From Camelus ferus (taxonomy: Eukaryota), in assembly GCF_009834535.1 (NCBI RefSeq), contig NC_045696.1, forward strand, positions 78,804,001-78,868,000: 64,000 nucleotides of DNA, read 5' to 3'. The notes under the pieces are model-generated. The model saw only the letters and a list, made by a program, of their open reading frames with translations, was not told the origin of the DNA and searched no databases. This document shows positions 54,701 to 64,000 of the stretch, piece by piece (within the stretch, counting starts at the first letter, position 1; every line of letters starts with the position of its first letter). A program made the translations under genes and the position numbers.

Positions 54701-55146
54701 TTACAACTGCTCCCTTATCTTCATACTACTAAAGGGTTTAAAATGTCTATTATCTTAAAATTAGAATGCATACAAGACCTGCATTAAAAAAATTAAAAAT
54801 AAAATTTGTCCTTGATTGTGATTACTGAATAAACAGAGATGACACAACTGTGACCGTCTTTGAGTTTCCCCAAAATCACCCTTTGGAGGAAAGAAAAGTA
54901 ACTGTAATGCTAACTGTCCTGAAGTGTGCTTAAAAGGGCGTCCATACCAAGCTCTGCAGGAGACAAAGAAAAGAGTTTGGCAAAAATTTCATGCATAGAG
55001 AAGCTGAAAAAACAAAGTTTTAAACAGTTATTGAGTTCAACCTAACACTTAGTTTGCACAGAGAAATATATACAGAGCATCACATACTACTGATGGTGGT
55101 GGCATGCAGACACCAAAATTGTCAAAATTTGCAACCTGCATAATAC

Positions 55147-55359
55147 CTTTGGTTGAATTGCTCCAACGGTTACCTTCAGAATAATGGGATAAAGTCAGCA
55201 GATTGACACATGAACCCCCAGCGCCAGATCCAAAAACAGTGATTCTTAAGGGATCACCACCAAAGAATCCAATATTCTCACTAGTCCATCTTAAAGCCTG
55301 TATGAGATCAAGGAGTCCATAGTTTCCTTTTGCAGCCTGATCCCCTGTGCTCAAGAAAC
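55147..55359 (-). CDS. NLGN1: Neuroligin-1 internal coding exon (cholinesterase-like domain), including alternative splice insert B (55147-55173)
   Basis: Acceptor ttttccag|GT at 55360/55359. Translates (G)[70 protein letters not shown]. Two donors: GAAG|gtaacc (exon ends 55174) and AAAG|gtatta (ends 55147). The GNRWSNSTK insert is diagnostic of NLGN1. Confidence 0.97.
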
Positions 55360-56187
55360 CTGGAAAACAGAAATAAAAAAAATCTTAGAACAGCCTTTTG
55401 AGTTGACATGCATCAAATAGACATCAAATTCAAATACAATTGAAGCCTGTGTTCATCAAGATGGGTACAATCCAAGTTCTTTAGTAAAAAATTATTCCCA
55501 CCAGAATAAAATAATTTACTTTAGGAAGAATGACAGAGACTAAAATCTGAAAAATGACATTTATCTTCTCCAAATGTTTCCCAGGTTATCCAGGCAACAG
55601 GTAACAGGGGGCAGATAAAGAGAAAGAAAACATTCTGAAGACTTTAAGGGAGACCTTCTAGAAGCCAAGTTACTTGGAGATTTTTGGGATAGTATCATGG
55701 GGTGTATATGAGACTATGTTTTTGCATAAATACTATTAGTCCTCAAGTTGTTCATTGTCTAACATGGTTGGAATTTAAGGTATGTGTAGCAGACTGGCTG
55801 GATATGAGGGTGTAGAGAAGGGGTATTTTTCTAAAGTTTGTTCATAAAATTATATGCGTCTCTTTGCATGTATATGAATATGCACATTTTTATTAATGAC
55901 AGTCCATGGTTAAGAAAGAATCACTACTAGAGGTAATTTGAGATTGCATTTTGGAATGCCTTAAGTGCTAAATTGAGGACAGTTGCTCAATTAAAAAGCA
56001 GTGTGGAATAATTGAAGATTTTAGAAAAGCAAGATTCATATTTCTAGGATGCTCAAAGCTCTCTTGTATAGTGATTTTAATAATGAAGAGGAATACATGT
56101 TAAGTAATAGAGTAGAGGTAGAGGAGAGGTCTCAAAGATCTAAATTGACAGAGTGGAAAAGGCAATTGAAAAAAAGAAGACGGATGG

Positions 56188-56595
56188 TGTAAAAATGAAA
56201 AAACAGAAACTTCAATTAAAATAGAACCGAGAGATCAGTTGGGGGAGCTCTCAAGCCTTCTGACAACAGCCAAGCCCAACAGGAAGAAGAAAAACTTCCC
56301 ATGCCTGGCAAGAGCTCAGCCAATGAGAGACTCTCACAACTTGGCCAATGAAAAGCCATTATGCTTTGAACTCTCAATTCCTCCAATGGATTCTTTTTCT
56401 TTTTCTTTCTTTTTTTTTTTAATAGCCCTTTCCACTTCCTTTCCCCTGTTTAAAAGAGGTCTCCTCTCCTTCCTATGGGGGACTTGCGTGTGGCTTTCCA
56501 TGGTTACTGACCCTGAATTGTAGTTCTTTGTTGATTGCGAATGAACTCATTTTTGCTGGAGAAATAACTGGCAGTCTATTTGTTTTAGATCAACA
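56188..56595 (+). mobile_element. Solo ERV1-type LTR in an NLGN1 intron, antisense to the gene
   Basis: TGT...ACA ends and 4-bp near-TSD ATGG/ATAG. Repeated CCAAT boxes (~56320, 56345, 56383) and TTTAAAA at ~56449. Confidence 0.7.
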
Positions 56596-56792
56596 ATAGA
56601 AAAAATATTGTAACAGTAAGAGCTGAGTGACTTTCTTATATTTGGAAGTTGTTGTAGAAAGAAGAGCCAAAGATATTACTTTAATAATACTTTAAACATA
56701 TTCATTCACTTGCTGACTTAATAGCTTTTATAATGTTTACTATAACTTGTAAAACAAACATCTACTCTAATATATTTCTACAGTTGGTATCA

Positions 56793-57325
56793 TAGGGGAG
56801 GAAAAGAACCTTTCTTCTATGCTTTTATGTTCTGGCTGGTCTAAGAATTAAATTGATATGAGACAGATTAACTAGAGAAAAACAAAGTTTAATGACATGT
56901 GTACATGTGAAAGACCCAGGAAAACTGAGTAATTCACCAACATGGCTGAAGTCTTCAGCTTACATGTTATTTTCAGCTGAAGACAAAAGAGGATGTTGGG
57001 TATTGTGGTTTGAGACTTCAAACGGGAGGAAGGAGATTCACATGAAGATGGAAAAGCAAATGTTTGGTAAACAATATTTGCTGTGCCCTGCAGGCGCAAT
57101 GGGACACAGAGCAGCACACCTGCTGAGTCCCCCTACCACACTGAGCCCATATTCTCCCTAGATATTTCTGGCGTTAGTTCACTTCCTGCCACAGGCTCCT
57201 CTATCTAATTCTTCAGGCAGCTTAAGGTGGAGGTGAAAGGAAGACTTCCTGAGTCTTCTGTTTCTTAAAAATAATCAGCCAAAATAATCCTCATATCAAA
57301 GAGACACATTTTGGGGTGGCAAATA
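56793..57325 (-). mobile_element. ERV1-type LTR (MER34/MER4-group-like), intronic
   Basis: GAGACAGATTAAC..GAGAAAA and CTTAAAAATAATCAGCC.AAATAATCCT...ATTTTGGGGTGGCAAAT motifs. Related to the element at 2191-2441. Confidence 0.65.
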
Positions 57326-57687
57326 TCACAAATATATTCAGATAGATACTTATTTCTGAATACAGACACATTATAGAGATTCAATGTTTGTGATAAAAAT
57401 TATTTTATCCAATTTAAACTATACCACTAATTAATTTTTAAAAAGCCAGGAGGTCAGTTATATTTGTGAAAATCAGACTGTGGTAATAGTACCCATCCAT
57501 TGAGCAAATCAATCTATACACAAAACAAAATTTTGAACAGGAAATTCTTTAGGCTCACTGTAGAAAGTCATAGATGAAATCAAATCTTTCTGAATAATTT
57601 TGAAAAATATTAAGAAATGCATACAATCAGTTCTTATTTTCCTACGAGATCACAAATGCTAAGAAACAAAAGTACAATCTAATCTAT

Positions 57688-57710
57688 TGTGTGTGCGTGT
57701 GTGTGTGTGT
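57688..57710. repeat. Interrupted (TG)n microsatellite
   Basis: TGTGTGTGCGTGTGTGTGTGTGT. Confidence 0.85.
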
Positions 57711-58111
57711 ATGTCTCTGGAAATATCAAATCATCCTTGAAATGGAGGTTTTTAAAAATAGATTCCAAATAAACATATCTTTCTGGTTATACTACTTAAC
57801 TTTTATCGAATCTACATAACAATTAAATACATTTTCATGGTATCTTCTCACGTAAAAGAATATTGCAAATATGCAATATTCATATAAGTGAGAATATATT
57901 AAAATACAAAACAAGACAAGGAACTCTTTTAACTTTATTTGCTGTTAAGTGAATTTTGGTATAAGACAGAACCATTAGTTTCAATTCCTGAGGGAATCTG
58001 TTAACAAATGTTTTGGTCTATAAAGATAGGCTGATGGCATGAACCCTGAAAACAACATTCTGGAAGGACTACTGTGTATTAGATAGAAAGGACTCTTGAA
58101 GGATAAAGGAA

Positions 58112-58112
<1 letters not shown>

Positions 58113-58154
<42 letters not shown>
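58113..58154. repeat. (TG)n microsatellite, about 21 units, followed by a GA-rich tail
   Basis: Direct reading of an uninterrupted TG run. Confidence 0.95.
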
Positions 58155-58158
<4 letters not shown>

Positions 58159-61100
58159 CATGAGACAGAGAGAAAGACAGAGAGGGAATGAAAACATATT
58201 CTAGGTAGTTTATTATCTGTAATCGCACATCATAAATATGTTCAGATAGACACTGATTTCTGAATACAGCTTATGCCACTTGGTGCAAACCCCAGGATTT
58301 GTATTTAATTCCTCTTGAAATAGTATTGAATAAGTCCAACTACATTGAAATGACTCTACATTCACAGAAAAATTGACTTACTAATAGCCATCATTCAATA
58401 CGTAGCATGTAGAGAACAATGATAATAAGATTATTATCTCTACACAAACTAAATGTAGTGTCCCCTCTACAATTCCAATTTCAGTAGCACAATTTAAACC
58501 ACTCTGATAGATTGGTCAAATAGTTTTGTGTTTATATAACAATACTTTAAAAACATGCCAAATATCTCTTTATAGAGAGAACAGCCTCTGCTTTATATAT
58601 AAAGAAATCTTGTAGCGTCTTAAAAAAACTTAAATAAAATTCAATTCCAAAGTTTCCTGTTAAGCCATGAAGAGTGGAATAAATCACTGGGTAAAAGTTT
58701 GTGTCCTAGGCTTGGAATGTCAAGCTCTGTTTTCATCCTTCAGAACTGAATTCCCCTCCCTCTTAATTTCTATTTGATGTGTATGTTGCCCTTCTCTCTC
58801 TCTCTTTCTCTCTCCTTTCTCCAACTGAAAACAGCTGATCATTAGAGTGAATTCAGAGAGCCACTACGAGTTTTACATTAGAAAAAAAAAATAGTTAGCT
58901 CCTGCCTTTATTAAGGCCAGCCAACCAATAAAATCGTATCTCTTTCGACCTGTTAAAATAATACTATATGCTTGCATGAATTCCTTGATTTCCAATTCTG
59001 CATTCAAACAAAACTTTATGGCTCAGCTAAGGGCACAAAATGAAGACAGTTCAATAAATTGCTACTCAAAAGAGACACAGTTTGCTAATTGTCCAAGTTG
59101 TGTGCATTGGCAGTATTCTTTATACCTTACTATTGAACAAAGTATTCATTCAAAGTTCCTTTTAAAATTAACGTAGCTGTTGTGTTCTTAACAGCAGAAT
59201 CATTTCAGATCACTCCAGCTGGAGCTTTACCTTGAACTGCTCAGCTACAGCCCAGCCATGAGAGAAGTCAATTTTTCAAAGAGCTAAAAGCGTTGCTCTC
59301 CTTTATGATTACTTTAGAGAAGGTTCTTCTCTTAATGTCACTGAAGTTATTTTTAACAGATAGTTGCTAATTTTACTTGGCCTTCAATTGTAAGCTCTTA
59401 GAATGTGAGACTAATTTTTGTCTTAACACACTGACACATTTTTTTGTTAGACAGAATAATAATAATTACAAAATAAGCTCTTCTTTTTTTGGAGGGGGGA
59501 AGCAGCAGAATTTTCCAAAAAAAAAAAAAATTCAACTATTTAATTTGCTTGACTCATGAATATAAAACCTTGAAAAAGTATTACTTTTAAACTTATAACG
59601 TACTTAGAAAATTCATAATTATAATTATACCAAAGATATATCATTGGCTCATGTATCCACTATAATTGCCATTCAACTATATGTTTAAATAGAATTTATT
59701 TAATGTCATTTTTCCCACCTAGAAATTCATTCCAAGTTTAAAAAATCTCCAATGTCTGTTGTTCCTTCATGGAAGCACTACTAATCTGATTAAATTTACT
59801 GAGCAGATTTGCCCTCAATTTGATGATTACCTGATCTAGCAAGTAGGATTACTTTCTAGGTGTTAGAGAGAAACCATGCAATTGGACACATAAGTCCTGC
59901 AGGCCCTTGGAACAGAAAAATCAGCTTAGGCCTAAATAAACTGGGCAAGGGGAAAATAAATAAAGATTACTGCAGCCAAGGTATTGGCTTGGGCTACTGA
60001 CGGACAGTGAACTCAGACAGCTCTCTGATAGAAAGACCCTAAAGAGCAGGAAGGAACTAAGTTAAGTTGTCTGGCAGCAGCCCTAAAGCTTACTGGTTGA
60101 CCCCATCTATATCCAGAGCTCTTACAATACAACCATACAGGCAACATCTTCAGAATGTAAAACAGGAGGAAAGCATGGTGCTTCTCAGTGGGAAAAAATA
60201 TATATATCCAGCATATTCCAGGAGGAACCTGGGACTAGGAAAAAATGCAGACTATTTACATTTTAGTTGACGTCTAGAATGTCAGAAATTTAAGATGTCA
60301 GTGAGTCTATAATTTCAGTTTCTTTGGGAGGGGGCAAATTTGAATGTCTATGTTTATTGTGTTTAATTTCTGAAAATGCTAAATAGAATATATATATTTA
60401 GATTCCACAGTATGTAATTCATGCTACAAAGAAGTATAAAAGAAATCTTTTGTGTTTATCAATGCTATTGTCTGGTTACAGATAATTGTGGTTGGCTCCT
60501 TGAGTCAAATTGATAAGTACTTCAACATAGAGACTGTAATGAGTATTAAAAAGCCAGCCTTTCAGATATGAGACTTTGAATAGTAGTGAGGAATCTTTCT
60601 AGGGACTGAAGAGTATGGGTCAGAAAATTAGCTCATTAAGAATTTTGCTCCTTAAACACAAAAGAATTTAAAACTGTGGGATTAATACTTCAAAATTTTT
60701 GGCTAGCAATCCACCTGGAAACCCCATGTGCTAACTCTTTCTCATCTTCTCAGTTGCCAAGACTGGTCAGTCTTTCCTCTGCATTCTGTCTCTGTCTTCT
60801 GTTTTCTGTGCAAGTCACTGACTTATTCTAGATCTTCTTAGACTCATAAAATCCTCCTGACTAGTCACTCAATCTCCGAACTTCCAGCAAGTAATCTTCC
60901 CTCTATTCTGTCACCAAACTTAATTTTGAAAAATATTTTTTCTAATGGAGGATGCTATTATATCAAAATAAAATCCTCATGTTTAGACATAATTGGATAG
61001 TTTCCCTTTATTTTTTTGAGTCAAGGTGTTTTAAAATATGATGGTTTAAAATTCCTCAAATTGGATACTTTGGGATCTGTGTAGTGAAGAACACACACAA

Positions 61101-62227
61101 TGCCATTTAATTACCTGACATCTCTAGCTAGCTTCCTTGCTCTTGTGTTCTCGAGAGCTACTGTCCAAAGTCTTCTTAAAAGTAACAAAGGGTAAAGTCA
61201 AAAGGATTTCCTTTTTGTATTCTCTGAAAAAAATTTGCTTTGATATGAAGCTGATATCTTAATATATAACTTGTGGTATTTCCAAACTTTTATATTTTGG
61301 TGCATTTATTTATTTATTTGTTTCTTGTGAGATAATTTATTTTTTAGTAACCGATCTTTGGGAAGAGAAAACTGAGTTACTGGCCAAGGCTTTTACTCCT
61401 GATAGCTGAACATAGAAAAATATAATGGGAAAGTAGATGGTAATTGCTAACAGATGTCTGGAGAGAAAACACCTGTAGATATTTCTGTATTTCAGTCCCC
61501 AAATTCCCAGTATTTTCAACATCTCCAAGGTAAACAGGTGAGATTGATCCTTCTATATCACAATTTAAACATTTTGTGACTCTTTCCCCCATACCGGACT
61601 AAAGTATTTATTTTAATCAGTTTCTTCTGAACATAGACAGTAATGGAGGGGAAAAGGCCATGCCTTGATTATCTCTGAATTTTGTAACTATTCCCATTAC
61701 ACGAATGGCTCAGAATGCTGGGGAAAAAGTAACCCTCCACCCCAGCTCCAACACCATCATTTCTATTTCCACCCCAGCCTGACAGCCTAAGGTTGTTAAT
61801 GTTCATTCTCCTAGGGCTGCATGTCAAGAAAAGCATATCCAATATTCCCTGTACTTCTTGTCTGTTTGAACCTGGACAACGAACCTGGTATCAAAACTGA
61901 CAAAATTCCTGTGTTTTCCGAATAACCTTTCTCACAATGAAGTGAAAAAGATCTCCTTTCTAAAAGGCCTACTGAGAGACAATAAATCACATTGTTCATT
62001 TCTAATTATTCTGATTATGCAGGAGTGTGTCTAGTGATTTAAATGCATAGTTTACTTCAGAGCATGACATTGAGGGGCCCACAGTGGTGACCACATAAAG
62101 AAAAGTTTTCAGGAAGTATATAGTTGAGAACAATGCTGTATTGCTTCAGGAACAAAGAGGACTATAAAATTTTTGTAAATATCTAACTGTCTAACATATA
62201 TCTGGCTCTCTTATGTGCTCCATTGTA

Positions 62228-62257
62228 GTGTGTGTGTGTGTGCGCACGTGCGTGTGT
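62228..62257. repeat. (TG)n/(CG) alternating purine-pyrimidine tract
   Basis: GTGTGTGTGTGTGTGCGCACGTGCGTGTGT. Confidence 0.8.
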
Positions 62258-64000
62258 ACTTTGTAATTTACAGTTTGTATTTATAATTTGTTCATCTTCT
62301 TTATTTTTTCTGAACCGGATGTTCCACTGTATCTGCCCCAAATGGCCATGCTATATCTGTTTGCTTGAAAGCAGGCAGGCATTAATACATTACAATTCTG
62401 GTACCAACAACTCAACTTTCCAAATGAAAGGGTCTATGTGTCTTGCTTTGATGGCAGCAACAAGGTGAAAATCAGACAGATAACCCTCTCAGCAGCCAAC
62501 CTCTGGGGAAAACAGTCTTAGACACAAAGTGAATGGCTGTAGTAGAAAGGGAGAAAAATAGGACAGTACTGGGTAAGACGTGCCTGAAGGAATAGGACAC
62601 ACGGATTCGCAGGCTACCTGGAATACTGGCCCAAGGACATAAGTTTGAGAGACACTTGGGCTCTCCTCAATAGGTAGTGGTCCGTAGAGACCACCTGACT
62701 GAGCAGGACAACTTGGATGTGTAAGCAAGTTACTGTGTGAGCAAGGTTGTTAGCTCCTCTGAGTCTCAGTTTCCTAGCAGATAATGTTAATAATCATGAT
62801 ACTACCCTGTTCAGTTATCATTATTAAAAGAGATAATGTTTATGGAGCACAAGAGAGCTTAATATACACTGGGTAAAAATGCTTTGGTTTTAAGTAACTA
62901 AATTTGACATTTTCTTCATTACCATTTGTTTCATTAAAAAATAATAAACCACTTTTCCATTTTTATTGAAAGGAAATATGAATTTCAAAAGAATTCAAAG
63001 AAAAAAGTTAAAAATGATAAAACAGTTGAACATATGTATACAGACAACAAGGTTAAATTTACCACAGAGGCTTTTGTTCTAAAGACTATAGTTGGCAAGA
63101 CAATTGAAAATGCATACGTTGCCCACTAAGTTTTATTCAGGCAGTAAGGGTATTTGTTATGACATACACCCATTTAAGGAATCCCATTAAGGGTAAAGAA
63201 GATGTTTGTATTCACTGCAGGTAGTGCCTTAGAATTCAACTCAAACATTTAATTGGGTTTATTGTAATGAGAACAGTTTTGTGAGCCAAAATACCATGAT
63301 GATGATTACATAGAAGACATTGTGTCTCGACTTGCTGATCGCTCATTATTTTAGAATAGTTAGCAAAATTGCTAACACATATTAGTTGCACATATTTTAG
63401 ACTGTAGGAGAAAATGGAGGAAAAAAGTTAGATATGAGTAATTTTGACCATTACAAAGCAGGCAGCAGTCGTCCACTGCATGTGGCTGGGAGTTGAGTGG
63501 GGAGGAGGCATGTTGTGTTTAATCTCACAATAGGTGACCCCTTTGAAGGACACGAATAATAAAAAAGGGGACGATAGGACATAGGTCTGGGTAATGAAGA
63601 AAGTGACAACTTAATTAATTTCATATGAATATTGACCAAGCCAGATTATTTTATTTATTTTATTCCTACCATCATATGATTTTTTTGAGAAGATGAATGT
63701 CATTCTAAGGTATGATTAGTAAAATCTGGTTTTAATTAAATGCTGTTTTTATTATATTATTTTCTATTAAAAGTTAATCTGATTTAATGATTTTGAAGCT
63801 TTCTATTTTTGAATACTTTCAGTATTACAGAAACATTTCAAAAATAGTATAAAAAATTACCATGCGCCCTTTCACCCAGGTTTCTCACTTCCTAATATTT
63901 TCTTTCCTTCCTTCCTTCTCTCTCTTCATCTTTCCCTACCCCTGTCCCTTTCCTATCAAATCTGAAATCACATGTTGAATTTATTTTCTGTTTAATCTCT

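Noticed and set aside
55049..55146. In-frame extension of the splice-B exon into the intron (IMQVANF...LCAN)
   Set aside because: It lies beyond a canonical donor and has no neuroligin similarity. The ORF finder simply read on to the next stop.
1..64000. CRISPR arrays, operons, prokaryotic or viral coding inserts, NUMTs, processed pseudogenes
   Set aside because: I saw no regularly spaced repeats, no long unexplained ORFs and no gag/pol/env or mitochondrial protein similarity. The sequence is CpG-depleted mammalian DNA throughout.

Overview
Mammalian genomic DNA. It is probably from a camelid (camel, llama or alpaca), judging from two tRNA-Ala-derived Vic-1-type SINEs. The right third holds the 3' end of neuroligin-1 (NLGN1) on the minus strand. 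Three coding exons have canonical GT-AG junctions and consistent phases: 55147/55174-55359 (including the 27-nt alternative splice insert B), 50973-51762 and 49352-50174. A long AT-rich 3' UTR follows and probably runs to about 44050. Upstream exons lie beyond the right edge. The left ~43 kb is non-coding and repeat-rich (L1, L2, L3, MIR, MER DNA transposons, MaLR and ERV solo LTRs), with a dense cluster of four different solo LTRs at 10.1-14.0 kb. I found no evidence of a prokaryotic-type or wholly new system. The best leads are regulatory: an in-frame stop plus AATAAA just inside the last NLGN1 intron, tandem poly(A) sites with miRNA-seed clusters, and LTR- or palindrome-borne transcription-factor motifs. 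Repeat family names come from recalled consensus motifs, not a database search, and repeat boundaries are approximate unless TSDs are quoted.
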